Virus record (IMG/VR): IMGVR_UViG_3300042695_001232
Strand: one strand, 5' to 3'
Length of the DNA: 64,000 bases
Source of the DNA: an uncultured virus (IMG/VR IMGVR_UViG_3300042695_001232)
Lineage: Duplodnaviria > Heunggongvirae > Uroviricota > Caudoviricetes
The notes under the pieces: model-generated
What the model saw: only the letters and a program-made list of their open reading frames with translations
The model's database searches: none
Told to the model about the DNA's origin: nothing
Program-made: the position numbers and the translations under genes
Part shown: positions 37,719-48,349 of the stretch, in pieces
Numbering within the stretch: the first letter of the stretch is position 1
How the letters are laid out: every line of letters starts with the position of its first letter

Positions 37719-39061
37719 AATGTTATAACGCCGGTTTTTTCATCGTTTAATCCAAAGCTAACCTCAAATTTATTATTTTCCAAAATTGCTCCGCATGGAA
37801 AAACAACTAACGGACTAATGTCTGGTAAAATTCTTTCATCTTGTTCATTACCCCAAAGAATAGGCTCTTCGGATATTTCGACTATTCTAAATGGAGGATG
37901 TGATTCAAACTTATAGTGTCCCATGAAATATCGGCGTCTATGTTCGTGTTTCCAAGGAATGCTACTATGAAAAAACGAATGATAATATCCATCTTTGAAA
38001 ATAGGATTAGTTCCCCCTCTTAATTTTCCATATTTCCAATTGTGTTTGTAGTGAGTAACGTATTCACTAACCACATTTCCTTCCCAATCAAATTCAACCA
38101 CAGTATGTGGATGAATGTTATATACGCACATCAGTTTGTTATAATGAACAAAAAATGTCCAATTCTTTTCTTTTCCCGTATTTTCCTCTATAGATCTTCC
38201 ATTGTAACCATATACAGGATGAATATTACCAACGTGATTGAACTTGTTGTCTAATACTAACATCTTTTGATGTACTATGTGATGTTTTTCGTGTGTATAT
38301 GTAGCACAACTTATATAGAGTTTATCGTCATATACAAGAACTCTTGGGTCGTCATATTGTTGATAATCATGATCGTCCGTTATATTCAAACTCAATTCAC
38401 GCAATCCGTCGTACTTAAACAATCTCAATGAACTCATCATTACATTTTTGTTGACCCACGTAGAGTGTCTAGCCATTATGTATTTCGAATTATTGTATAA
38501 AAATAATGAAGAATTATAAAATTGATTTTTCTTGTTGTAATTGAACGGTATAATTTCAACATTTTCTTTTTGTGTTTTACATGATCGTTCATCAACCATA
38601 ATTTTTTCTTCTGGATGACCATGTTCTGTCGATTCAAATGAATTGAAATCTGTATTAAGAGTATCCATTAACAAAAGTTTATCATTTTGTATAGAACTTA
38701 CATATATTTGTTTTACATACAAACCTAGCGTTCGGGTATCACCATTTGTTGTTGGAATATTAGGCGTTACAAAAAACGACATAGAATCCTTATTTGATAC
38801 CGGAACAAACAAAATGTATTCTGTGCTGGATTTTATCGACAATTCGTATTTTAGATTTTTTGTTTTATTCTCATAAAATATGATTAACTTTTTGTCTCCA
38901 CCAACGCATACAAATCTGATGCATATGTTTTGAACTGACTGTTTTGGAATTATTTTAAAATGACAGTCAGACCATCTAAATGGTTTTTCCGACACTGTAT
39001 CCGTTTCCAATGTATGAAACATATCCACAATAAACTGATCTCCGTTAAAAATATCATTCAT
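37715..39061 (-). CDS. Beta-propeller glycosidase/phosphorylase-like protein (GH130-like) with N-terminal accessory domain
   Basis: YNSS, DDPRV, EKNWTFF, LRGGT, VVFPCG, SFGLND. Confidence 0.65.
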   Translation of the reverse strand: MNDIFNGDQFIVDMFHTLETDTVSEKPFRWSDCHFKIIPKQSVQNICIRFVCVGGDKKLIIFYENKTKNLKYELSIKSSTEYILFVPVSNKDSMSFFVTPNIPTTNGDTRTLGLYVKQIYVSSIQNDKLLLMDTLNTDFNSFESTEHGHPEEKIMVDERSCKTQKENVEIIPFNYNKKNQFYNSSLFLYNNSKYIMARHSTWVNKNVMMSSLRLFKYDGLRELSLNITDDHDYQQYDDPRVLVYDDKLYISCATYTHEKHHIVHQKMLVLDNKFNHVGNIHPVYGYNGRSIEENTGKEKNWTFFVHYNKLMCVYNIHPHTVVEFDWEGNVVSEYVTHYKHNWKYGKLRGGTNPIFKDGYYHSFFHSSIPWKHEHRRRYFMGHYKFESHPPFRIVEISEEPILWGNEQDERILPDISPLVVFPCGAILENNKFEVSFGLNDEKTGVITL

Positions 39062-39062
39062 A

Positions 39063-39542
39063 TCAGTATTCTCGTTTTAGTATCGACCAAATTTCAGAAT
39101 CAATATATTTGTCTTGTTTGTATATATCCTCACGTTTTGTTCCCTCATAAATAAATCCAAGTTTTTTGTAAAGATTTTTAGCAACTTGGTTTGTTGATAA
39201 TACTTCAAGAGATATTTTATTTAATGAGTATTTGTCAAACATCATTGGAATAAAAACTTTATAAGATAAATATGCCAATCCCTTACCTCTCCAATCAGGA
39301 TGTAAATCGGCTCCTATATAAATATTCTTGTTTATTTCAGAATAATTAGATGTTCTAAAATATCCTATAGGAGTTGTATTGTATGTTATCAAATAATATT
39401 CAGGTTTAGTTTTATCAAACCATTTATATGTATCATCAACAGAAAATTTGCGAGAATCATGCAAATATTCCTCCGCACACTGATTTCTAATTGAATTCAA
39501 AAACGGAATATTATCTCTTGTAAATTCAACAATTTGAATCAT
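39063..39542 (-). CDS. GNAT acetyltransferase
   Basis: PDWRGKGLA, N..AKNLYKKLGF..EG. Confidence 0.85.
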   Translation of the reverse strand: MIQIVEFTRDNIPFLNSIRNQCAEEYLHDSRKFSVDDTYKWFDKTKPEYYLITYNTTPIGYFRTSNYSEINKNIYIGADLHPDWRGKGLAYLSYKVFIPMMFDKYSLNKISLEVLSTNQVAKNLYKKLGFIYEGTKREDIYKQDKYIDSEIWSILKREY

Positions 39543-40264
39543 AATAAAGGTGTTAGGTTTGAATGTCCGGGTGTAGTCATATCAAATTTAGATTGTGAAA
39601 ACGTAATAAGATATCGACCTCGTCTATAAATGATCGGGGCCAAATCAGTAATATCTTTAATTTCGTACCCAGAATTAATAAAATGCATATGATAATATCC
39701 TTGCCACCCATCGTATGGATAACTTGGATCAGCCAACCTTTTGTTATATGTCTGGAATATTTCCCCACAACGATTCAATACGTTTTTACAAACTTTTTGT
39801 GGTAACAAACCGTATGATACAGCAGGATGTTGATTATAAAGTCCACACACCATAGCTGTTTTATCAGTGAACTTTTTATGAAATACGTCATAAAATCTAT
39901 CGTTTGACAGACAGTAATCATCTTCGGTCAAAAAATAGTAATCGTAATCTTCGTTTATTGTTTCTCTGATATGATACTCCCAAGCTCCATACGAAAGCCC
40001 CCAATTATCTCGGTATTTTATTTCTATCGGTACTCTTGTAGGACCACGTTGGGATAACAAATTCTCAATCTCACCAACTTTTACACAATCACTTTTATTG
40101 ACTACGAATGTTGCTTTTACCAAATCTGGATTGTAAAAGCAATTAAGTGCATCAATGTGACATTTCACAGCATAAAACTTGTCACATCCATGATATACAT
40201 TATTTCTCTCAACTTTTTTTAAGTTATCAGTAATGTAAAATGCAACAACGTAATTAATTTTCAT
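39539..40264 (-). CDS. Glycosyltransferase-like protein
   Basis: RDNWGLSYGAW, YYFLTEDDY. Confidence 0.55.
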   Translation of the reverse strand: MKINYVVAFYITDNLKKVERNNVYHGCDKFYAVKCHIDALNCFYNPDLVKATFVVNKSDCVKVGEIENLLSQRGPTRVPIEIKYRDNWGLSYGAWEYHIRETINEDYDYYFLTEDDYCLSNDRFYDVFHKKFTDKTAMVCGLYNQHPAVSYGLLPQKVCKNVLNRCGEIFQTYNKRLADPSYPYDGWQGYYHMHFINSGYEIKDITDLAPIIYRRGRYLITFSQSKFDMTTPGHSNLTPLL

Positions 40265-41346
40265 ACTTTTTTGAAAAATATTCTGATTGTATCACAGACA
40301 AACAACACATCATGTTCAGTAACTTTTGTGTTGAGGGGCAAATACAAATAGTTTGGTTCAATACTGTTCATCATTGGTAAATCTAACCGTGTACCACCAA
40401 AGATGTGATAAATGTCATTTCGCAAATGAACAAGATTATTGTCAATATCATTTGATGTTAAGTATTGTGCAAGTTCATCTCGATTTTCTGTCAAAATACC
40501 CATCAACCAATATGTTCCTCCACAAATTGGTTTACACTGTGATGGAAGACTTTTCAAATACAGTTCTGCTAGTTTCTTTCTATGAGAAATAATAACTTCC
40601 AAATCATCAATTGCTGCCAAACCAAAACACGCATCGATATCGGTAGGTTGAAACTTGAATCCAGCTTCATACACGTCAAATGTCATTTCACGTCGTTCCC
40701 ATGCTTGGTAATTTTTCTTTTCCTTCAACTCTCTATCAATACCAAACCATCGTAAAAGTTTGGCTCGGTTGTAGGTACTTTCATCATTCAATACGAGCAT
40801 ACCACCATCACATGTTGTAAAATGTTTTATGGCTTGAAATGAATAACAAATATAATCACCTTCGCAATGAGCAAAATGTTGCGCTGCATCAACGATTAAA
40901 GGAATATTGTATTGTTTACAAATGTCGTTTATTTTTGAACTAAAAGGAATACCACCCAAATGTACACCAACAATTGCCTTAGTCTTAGTTGTTATTTTTT
41001 TAATTACATCCTCTGGATCGATGTTTAGATTACTATCAATATCAGCGAATACAATATTTACACCTTTACGTTTCAATCCCATTTGTCCAGCAGTACAATC
41101 CAAAATAGGAACAATTACTTCGTCTCCTTCTTTGATTCCTATAAGGTGGTATGCCAACTCCAGAGCAGACGTTCCCGAATTCAACATCAGTGAGTGTTTA
41201 TAACCAAACACAGTATTAAATTTTTGTTCAAACTGATTTACTTTTGGCCCCTGTCCCAACCACCGACCATTCAATGTATCTTCTATTTCTTTGAGGATTT
41301 TTTCTTTGGGAATATATGGGTAAAAAAGTGGTATTTTTGTATTCAT
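40261..41346 (-). CDS. DegT/DnrJ/EryC1/StrS sugar aminotransferase
   Basis: GPKV..FE, NSGTSAL, DAAQ, SFQAIKHFTTCDGG; start likely 41346 (ATGA overlap). Confidence 0.9.
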   Translation of the reverse strand: MNTKIPLFYPYIPKEKILKEIEDTLNGRWLGQGPKVNQFEQKFNTVFGYKHSLMLNSGTSALELAYHLIGIKEGDEVIVPILDCTAGQMGLKRKGVNIVFADIDSNLNIDPEDVIKKITTKTKAIVGVHLGGIPFSSKINDICKQYNIPLIVDAAQHFAHCEGDYICYSFQAIKHFTTCDGGMLVLNDESTYNRAKLLRWFGIDRELKEKKNYQAWERREMTFDVYEAGFKFQPTDIDACFGLAAIDDLEVIISHRKKLAELYLKSLPSQCKPICGGTYWLMGILTENRDELAQYLTSNDIDNNLVHLRNDIYHIFGGTRLDLPMMNSIEPNYLYLPLNTKVTEHDVLFVCDTIRIFFKKV

Positions 41347-42029
41347 GGTATGTTTTTCCATCGGATGTCTTCTAAAATGACTTGTGTTCTTGTTTTGTGT
41401 TTGTCTCTATCACCATACATATATGGCGTTGGTACGGGATAATGAACAATTGAAGATTTTTGCCAGTTTTCTTCTGGTTTATAAGACGATGAAACATCAA
41501 GTTTTACATCAATAAAATTTAAAAGACCCAGCTTTCTATTCAGAATAATCATATCAGATATATGTGGTTTATCAATACCTGCTACTGGGATAACATCATT
41601 TTCATTAACAGTATAGTTCATAATTATATCTATAATAGTCTCGATCTTATGTTTGGGTATATGTATTGCAGCAGTAGGAACCAAAAATGGGTAACCATGT
41701 GATGTTACAACTTGATCTTCAAAATTAGCAGGTACAAATCCGTAGTTCATTACCGACACTGCACTCATCCATCCACCATATTTTGCGAAACTCAACCATC
41801 TTAGAAAACAATACATGTCATAAATTTTAGGACACACTGTTGGAAAACTTTCTATTTTTTTATAGAACTCGTAATACAATGGATGTTCTTTTGCATCATC
41901 TAATGTAATAATAACAGGATTCCATCCATATCTAGACCAACTTTTCTTCCACAAATCAATCAAAATTTTTTGATCGGTCTTATTAACCCAATTTTCCTCA
42001 ATTGGTTCATAAAATGCGTATACGTTCAT
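41343..42029 (-). CDS. Hypothetical glyco-associated protein
   Basis: WKKSW..GW.P, CFLRWL, HISDM; lies in glycosyltransferase operon. Confidence 0.55.
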   Translation of the reverse strand: MNVYAFYEPIEENWVNKTDQKILIDLWKKSWSRYGWNPVIITLDDAKEHPLYYEFYKKIESFPTVCPKIYDMYCFLRWLSFAKYGGWMSAVSVMNYGFVPANFEDQVVTSHGYPFLVPTAAIHIPKHKIETIIDIIMNYTVNENDVIPVAGIDKPHISDMIILNRKLGLLNFIDVKLDVSSSYKPEENWQKSSIVHYPVPTPYMYGDRDKHKTRTQVILEDIRWKNIP

Positions 42030-44494
42030 AAATATTTATATTGGTGTATTACTACTTTTTGTCCAGTATCGATCATTAATTCTCTTTGTGTTTGGTTGTA
42101 ATAATAATCACCACATCCAGAGTATGACGATGGCAACCAACCAACCTTTTCAAACGATTTTTCTCCGTATTCTTTGAATAATCGTATTCCAATTTCCAAG
42201 TCCCAACTGGTTATTGTATTCATATATGATGATACATCTCCATAAAATTCAAGTTCTGGTTGAAAATATTTTGCGGTATTATTTGTATTGTAAAAAGTTA
42301 ATGCACCATTTGTATATAATGCAGTAGGATTTACATGTTCTATATTCATGTATAATCCACAATCTTTGGAATACTTGTATCTATAATCCATTGATCCCTG
42401 TAACAAATTACCAACACCTTTTAATGGACATTTGAATACAGGTGTACCAGTCATGATAGGTTCATATGGCCAACTCAAATGTTCTTGCCACAAGGTGTCA
42501 TACCAATAGTCTTTCCCTATCATACAATCCCATTCGTAACAAAAAAAATAATCCCACATTTTGCTCTTAGCGATCTTTATTCCTTCAAAAAATGCCCATG
42601 TAGCATACTTGTAATGTACAGGCATCATCCCGTCATACATTATTGGTAAAGGATCAATCTGTATAAATTCAAAAGGATATTTATCGAATCCATCTATACT
42701 GCCATCTGTATACACCACGATTTTTGAATCGTTAATAGAGTGTTTATATTGACTTAGATTATCTAAAGTTTTGGCGTGTTTTCCAATAAGATTTGGTAAA
42801 TACAACAAAATTCCATTTGTTACTCTACTACTAACATTTGGTAGTATAACACTGTCATATTCAAAATGTGCGTTAGTATTTGTTGTTACATGACTATCAA
42901 ATGTAATTTGAAAATGTGAATTGTCTTTTATATGAGTAACACTCTCTATAGATTGTATAAAATGATTATTATTTTTTTCAAATTCAAATTTAAACATCAT
43001 GATTGATAATTTTCGACGATCTTCACTGTTTCCACTTTCATACGGACAGTAATAAGAATCACTCTCAATCAATATTTGTTTTGTATTGACCAACGGTATA
43101 CGTATATAACATTGTTCTCCAATTTCACATACTTTTTCTGATACAAGAGTTTTTGATTCGTCATGAGATGATACTACATATGATTTTATTGTTTTTCGAT
43201 TTACATGGTTACCAAAAACTAGTGTTACCGAATCATAATCATTATTATCAATAACGTCAATAGATGATTTCAGATGCATCCATCTGAAGTGGACATTTTG
43301 ATATAATTCTAAATCATACCATCCACTATTTAAAATTAGTGGAAATGGTGTATTATTGGTCATATGACTAACTGTACTACTAATGTCAGCCATAATTTTA
43401 ATCTTTTCTACAGCATGTTTAATCGAAGGTTTTGCCCAAAGATATGTTTTGTCGAGATCGAGATTGTAAAATATACTATCTTTTACGGGTACCAATTCAC
43501 AATCAACCAACCCTTCATAATTATTCGGAAGAAACTCAACATGACCACCATGGTTTGTAACAATAACTTTTTTTCCTCTATTGTACGCTTCAAAAATTCC
43601 TAAACCTACACCTTCAGATCGTGTTAACTGCACATAACAATCACATTGTTCATGAAGAGATTGTATTTCATCATAAGTGAACATTTCTTTCAAAAAAACA
43701 ATCGGAGGAACATTCGATTCTCCAATTATATTTTTAATTTTCCGTCTACAGTCCTCTTTCTGTAACTCTGAATAATCAAACCCAAACGTTTTAACAAACA
43801 GTATTACGGTATCAGTCTGATTGAACGATTCACAATACGCTTTTATTGTTTCTGATATTCCTTTACGTGTAATATATTGACCGATGGTATAAAACTTATA
43901 TGATGATTGTAAATCAAATTGAGAAAAATCTCCATTGTAAAGGACTTCTCCTTTATCTTCAATTAGTTTCTTTAAATCAACCTTAGTATATGGAAACGTA
44001 ACATTTATATGTGGTTCAACAATAATAGGTTTTGTAACTCCGCTACGTTCAAAAACCTGTTTGTTCCATTCTGTAGGAACACTAACAATTTTTACAATGC
44101 TTTTGTTTATTGCATTTACCCAATTTGGAATAAGAGGATCAAACTCCCAAACAGTTCTACCAATGATATTTCGATTATGAATTTTAACTTCGGTCTTATC
44201 AATCAAATAATCCCACATGTCCGGTGTAGAATGAACAATTATATTTTTATATACAACATTGTTATTTGTAAGTGTTTTAATTGTTTGTTCAAACTCTCCA
44301 GACTCAATTACATGAGTTTGATCAAATTCGCACGGTTTAGTAACTACGTTTACTTTTTTTAATAAATCATAGATATAACCTTTAGCTGCATTAGCATAGC
44401 CACTAACACCCGACTGGTATATATAACAAACACCATCGGTCTGGTTCATACACTGAATATATTCCGGCAAAATATCAAACATTTTCAAATTCAT
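42026..44494 (-). CDS. Multidomain glycosyltransferase (GT4 N-terminal + accessory + GT-A-like C-terminal)
   Basis: SGYA, TVWE, RKG, RSEGVGLGIFEA; YEWDC, NGAL. Confidence 0.8.
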   Translation of the reverse strand: MNLKMFDILPEYIQCMNQTDGVCYIYQSGVSGYANAAKGYIYDLLKKVNVVTKPCEFDQTHVIESGEFEQTIKTLTNNNVVYKNIIVHSTPDMWDYLIDKTEVKIHNRNIIGRTVWEFDPLIPNWVNAINKSIVKIVSVPTEWNKQVFERSGVTKPIIVEPHINVTFPYTKVDLKKLIEDKGEVLYNGDFSQFDLQSSYKFYTIGQYITRKGISETIKAYCESFNQTDTVILFVKTFGFDYSELQKEDCRRKIKNIIGESNVPPIVFLKEMFTYDEIQSLHEQCDCYVQLTRSEGVGLGIFEAYNRGKKVIVTNHGGHVEFLPNNYEGLVDCELVPVKDSIFYNLDLDKTYLWAKPSIKHAVEKIKIMADISSTVSHMTNNTPFPLILNSGWYDLELYQNVHFRWMHLKSSIDVIDNNDYDSVTLVFGNHVNRKTIKSYVVSSHDESKTLVSEKVCEIGEQCYIRIPLVNTKQILIESDSYYCPYESGNSEDRRKLSIMMFKFEFEKNNNHFIQSIESVTHIKDNSHFQITFDSHVTTNTNAHFEYDSVILPNVSSRVTNGILLYLPNLIGKHAKTLDNLSQYKHSINDSKIVVYTDGSIDGFDKYPFEFIQIDPLPIMYDGMMPVHYKYATWAFFEGIKIAKSKMWDYFFCYEWDCMIGKDYWYDTLWQEHLSWPYEPIMTGTPVFKCPLKGVGNLLQGSMDYRYKYSKDCGLYMNIEHVNPTALYTNGALTFYNTNNTAKYFQPELEFYGDVSSYMNTITSWDLEIGIRLFKEYGEKSFEKVGWLPSSYSGCGDYYYNQTQRELMIDTGQKVVIHQYKYL

Positions 44495-45075
44495 ATAACC
44501 AGTTTTCTTTCAATCTTATAACAAACACTTAACAAAAGAGTGGCAAATTTACTCACTTGTCTTGTCCAAAATCTAACTACTTTGTTATATGGTTTGATTA
44601 GTAATTTATAAAAATTAGTAGATTCAAACTCTTTGTTCTTTTTAAGTTCTTCAATGAATCGTCTATCATTTTCTTTTCTTTTAGCGTTATCAGTGGCTTC
44701 AAACTTTACAAGGTTAATCTTGTTAATAACGCCGTCAACAAATTCAATTTCAAATTCAACCCAATAGTCATATGGTCCATCATTATAATTGTTATAATCA
44801 TAGATACGTATGGTTCTGGTTGTTTTTACATGAGTCCACCAAACTTTGATTTCTTTTACAATACCAAACTTTTCTGACCATGTTTTACCATCCGGATTGC
44901 CTTCAGTATATTCACGTTCACATTCACGCAACCATAGTGTGCCATCTTCACGGATTTCATAACAATCTAAAGCATTATCTAAATCTTTGGTTTGAAATCC
45001 ACATGGGTGAAATCCTTTAGTATCTTCTGGTAAAGGAAGAGGGTATTTACATACTATGTCATCATACATTCCCAT
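44491..45075 (-). CDS. Conserved phage hypothetical protein
   Basis: MGMYD..C..FQTKDL..Y.I..DG.L, EF...F.DG. Confidence 0.65.
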   Translation of the reverse strand: MGMYDDIVCKYPLPLPEDTKGFHPCGFQTKDLDNALDCYEIREDGTLWLRECEREYTEGNPDGKTWSEKFGIVKEIKVWWTHVKTTRTIRIYDYNNYNDGPYDYWVEFEIEFVDGVINKINLVKFEATDNAKRKENDRRFIEELKKNKEFESTNFYKLLIKPYNKVVRFWTRQVSKFATLLLSVCYKIERKLVI

Positions 45076-45078
45076 AAA

Positions 45079-45318
45079 CTAGTTAATAACTTTATCTGAC
45101 TTATAATCCATAACATCTTCAAAAAATTTACAGAATGCTAGATAATCTTGTTTATCTGCATCATTCATATTTTTAGTATCCACATACTTTAGATAATCAT
45201 AAATAATACTGTCATAATAACTTGGGATAGTAATAGTTTTGCCATCAAACTTCAAATCATCATGTTGAATAATGATTTTGTTGACTACCTTATCTTTCAT
45301 GGTTAGTTCTATTTCCAT
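45079..45318 (-). CDS. Hypothetical protein
   Basis: ORF in operon. Confidence 0.55.
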   Translation of the reverse strand: MEIELTMKDKVVNKIIIQHDDLKFDGKTITIPSYYDSIIYDYLKYVDTKNMNDADKQDYLAFCKFFEDVMDYKSDKVIN

Positions 45319-45325
45319 AATTTAT

Positions 45326-45529
45326 TCATCCCTTTGGATATGTCACTTCGTATTGAACATCAGTATACTTACCCATAAACATTCTGAATTGAGCCATTTC
45401 CAATGTAGGATAATAACTGGCTTGAATCACAATTTTGTTGGATTGTTCATTTTCGTAGTTAGCATATTTAAACCACTCTTTTGTAGCCCAAGTATCCCAG
45501 ACATCTTTTAAAATTTGACGTTTATTCAT
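45326..45529 (-). CDS. Hypothetical protein
   Basis: ORF in operon. Confidence 0.5.
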   Translation of the reverse strand: MNKRQILKDVWDTWATKEWFKYANYENEQSNKIVIQASYYPTLEMAQFRMFMGKYTDVQYEVTYPKG

Positions 45530-45893
45530 ATTTTGTTTTAGTTTCTAACATTTGAGAATCAAAGAATTTATTATGCAATTTACGTTTACATTCAAAACGA
45601 CGTAGATTGTTCAAATCAATATCTTTGCCAATAGAGTTTTCATCACTTGCGCGAATTGCATCTACCAATACAAACGTTGTTTGATTTTCTGTATACAACT
45701 CATCATACTCACTTGAGTTTATGATTTCTGATAACTTTTCTTGGCCCAACTGAGCTTTCAGTTCTTCATAAAGAACGGAAAATCCCCGTTTGCTTGTTTC
45801 AATTTTAATTGGATCTGTACAATTATGTATCTTAACTTGAAAAATACTCAAAATATCAAACGCATAACCTTCATCAACACTTATTTTTACCAT
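45522..45893 (-). CDS. DUF6165-like helical protein
   Basis: D.LSI..VK, LY.EN, N..R...KR..E.K. Confidence 0.55.
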   Translation of the reverse strand: MVKISVDEGYAFDILSIFQVKIHNCTDPIKIETSKRGFSVLYEELKAQLGQEKLSEIINSSEYDELYTENQTTFVLVDAIRASDENSIGKDIDLNNLRRFECKRKLHNKFFDSQMLETKTKYE

Positions 45894-45917
45894 AATTTAT
45901 GTGAATATATATATATA

Positions 45918-46106
45918 TTACGTTCCAATTGGACGTATAATTATTTTAATTTTATTTTTTTTAGCAAAATCATACACGACACCATCCTCGGTGTAAGGAT
46001 AATAATTGCAATAAATAATAAACTCACGTTTATTGAAGCCCGTTTCCAAACGGTTATACCATAAACGTTTTCTAAATTTATTTGAGATTTTTTCTGTTAG
46101 TTTCAT
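45918..46106 (-). CDS. Hypothetical protein
   Basis: Start overlaps clamp loader stop. Confidence 0.45.
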   Translation of the reverse strand: MKLTEKISNKFRKRLWYNRLETGFNKREFIIYCNYYPYTEDGVVYDFAKKNKIKIIIRPIGT

Positions 46107-47071
46107 TTTCTCAAATCTGTTAAAAGTTTACTAATACATGCCATCAAAGCAATTTCTTTCAATGGAGGAATCAACAAACTACATTGATACATATACTCAG
46201 AGATAATAATCGTAGCTATTGCCTGCTTACCATTAGCATAATCATCAACCTTCTGATACAACACTGAGAAATAATCATCATACACTTTGATACGCTGATC
46301 CACAACAAATTGTCGAATATCATTAAAGGCATTTGGCTTACCAATACCATTCTTAATCATGTCCACCAACTTTTGATGTGTGTCAGTTTTCAACGAAGAA
46401 TCCTTATTAACCTTCAACTTACCTTCAAAAGTAGATTGTTGTGCCACATTAATAATCTTACGAATATCCGGATAATATGTGTTTACGATATACGCCAAAT
46501 CATCATTCTGATATTCAACGTTTTCTGACTTAAGAATCTTAGTCAAATGTACCGCAACCGAAACCTTAGTCATCGGAGCAATCTCAAAGGTCATACAACG
46601 TGATACAATGGGAAGAATCATCTTCTCATGATAGTTACATGTCAGAATAAACCTCGTAGACATACTAAACGTCTCCATAAGGTTACGAAGAGCCGCTTGT
46701 GCCTCTGGTGACATATAATCACACTCGTCCAGAATAATAATCTTCAGCGGTTTGATACCCACACATGATGCAAAACTCTTAATCTTGGTTCGAACATTCT
46801 CAACCTTATTTTCATCAGATGCGTTGATATACAATACATCACAGTTGATCTGTTTAGTCAACAGTTTAGCCAACGTTGTCTTTCCAGTACCAGCACCGCC
46901 ATACAACATCAAATGTGGAATGTTCTGCTGGTCAATATAACTCTTAATTGTGGTTATGATGTTTTCATTTCCGATATAATCTTCAATAATTGTGGGTCGA
47001 TACTTTTCAACCCACAAACTATGAACCTTCTTATCGTCGGTATGACTCACCTCTTCAAAAAAGGCATCCAT
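46103..47071 (-). CDS. Clamp loader subunit (RFC small / T4 gp44-like)
   Basis: LWVEKYRP, GGAGTGKTT, NASD, ILDECD, AQAALRN, SRC. Confidence 0.93.
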   Translation of the reverse strand: MDAFFEEVSHTDDKKVHSLWVEKYRPTIIEDYIGNENIITTIKSYIDQQNIPHLMLYGGAGTGKTTLAKLLTKQINCDVLYINASDENKVENVRTKIKSFASCVGIKPLKIIILDECDYMSPEAQAALRNLMETFSMSTRFILTCNYHEKMILPIVSRCMTFEIAPMTKVSVAVHLTKILKSENVEYQNDDLAYIVNTYYPDIRKIINVAQQSTFEGKLKVNKDSSLKTDTHQKLVDMIKNGIGKPNAFNDIRQFVVDQRIKVYDDYFSVLYQKVDDYANGKQAIATIIISEYMYQCSLLIPPLKEIALMACISKLLTDLRK

Positions 47072-47076
47072 ATGAA

Positions 47077-47820
47077 TTATTCGTTAGGTTGGACCGGACC
47101 AAAGTGATACGTAGCAGAAAATGTATCAGTATTAAATTCAACTGACGCCAATCCGGCTTCAGACACCTTCAACACAGCATTTTCACACTCGTTGTTTGCA
47201 TCCAACACCGACTTGAAGAAATCAGCGTTGAAATTCAAAGGCTTTTCCAACTTAGCTGTTCCATCCTTGATAGGAACATCCAAAGTAACACGGTTACTAT
47301 TGATTGAAGCATAGCCAAGAACCAACTGAACCTTCTTACTCTTCTTGTTCATCAACAATGTAAACTTACTCTCTTCAGAAAGAGCATCCTTCGCACTACG
47401 ATACTTAGCGATAAATTCCTCTGTAAGATCAATTTCAAAATGATATGGAGGTGTAGACTTGAGACGAGAAGACTTGGGAATTACTGTCAATTCAGCGGTC
47501 ATAAACTGAATTTCAGATGTTCCATCGGAGAATGAAAGAGATGTAACCCGTCCATCAGTTTCATTGACGGTCATGGTAATTTCTTCACCTAGAGCCTTCA
47601 ACATCTTCTGCAACTTGTCAGTGTCATAAACACCGATCTCATATTCGGCGTTCAATTCTTCAACGTTCTTCCAAGTAACGTCATAAATCAAACTCTTATC
47701 GTTAGTAATAGCACTCAAACTGAGTTGCTTGTTTTTAGCGGAAACGTTCCACTTGACTGATGGTACCTCTCCATTAAGAGAGTATTTGTTAATGAATTTT
47801 TGTAGATTTGTCTTTGTCAT
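47077..47820 (-). CDS. DNA sliding clamp (T4 gp45-like)
   Basis: 247 aa, adjacent to clamp loader; IGVYD..KL, VSEAGL...F; promoter TGGACA-17-TATAGT. Confidence 0.7.
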   Translation of the reverse strand: MTKTNLQKFINKYSLNGEVPSVKWNVSAKNKQLSLSAITNDKSLIYDVTWKNVEELNAEYEIGVYDTDKLQKMLKALGEEITMTVNETDGRVTSLSFSDGTSEIQFMTAELTVIPKSSRLKSTPPYHFEIDLTEEFIAKYRSAKDALSEESKFTLLMNKKSKKVQLVLGYASINSNRVTLDVPIKDGTAKLEKPLNFNADFFKSVLDANNECENAVLKVSEAGLASVEFNTDTFSATYHFGPVQPNE

Positions 47821-47871
47821 AACTTTTTAATTGTTCCTCACACTATATTCTACCTACCTTGATTTGTCCAC

Positions 47872-48333
47872 TTAATTTATCCAGTATTCTTCCTCAAACT
47901 GTTCTGGAAATTCTTTTACAAAGTCAGTACATACTGCGTGGCATTTTGTAAGATCTCCCACCCATGAGTGTTCTGGCAAAACACACACACTTTCAGGATA
48001 TAATTGCTTGCCAGGATACGTCCATATAAATCTCTTGCTGGTTAAAACCCAATCTTCAGTGGTATGCCAAAATACATTTACTGTATAGTCTTGTACCAAC
48101 AAATTAAATGCATCACCATTTTTGGCATGTAACCAAAATCTTCGATCTGTTAGAAAATCATATTTTACTTGATACGTTGGACTATCGTGTCCCAAATACC
48201 ACTTTTCATCAGTATACCACACGTCAATTTCAACATCATAATCCAATTTTAATGCTTTTTTAATATAATCGGGATGATTTTCTTTGTCTGAATTTGGACC
48301 ACTTAGATTGCCTCTATGAGAGATGTATTTCAT
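47872..48333 (-). CDS. GDPD/PLC-like phosphodiesterase
   Basis: ISHRGN, EN, DVEIDVW, LGHD, WLHAKN, IWTYPG, VCTD. Confidence 0.75.
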   Translation of the reverse strand: MKYISHRGNLSGPNSDKENHPDYIKKALKLDYDVEIDVWYTDEKWYLGHDSPTYQVKYDFLTDRRFWLHAKNGDAFNLLVQDYTVNVFWHTTEDWVLTSKRFIWTYPGKQLYPESVCVLPEHSWVGDLTKCHAVCTDFVKEFPEQFEEEYWIN

Positions 48334-48349
48334 ACACAATTCGTTTTAC

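Noticed and set aside
45905..45920. (AT)n run as a functional repeat
   Set aside because: Short microsatellite in AT-rich intergenic DNA, probably part of the TATATAT upstream motif
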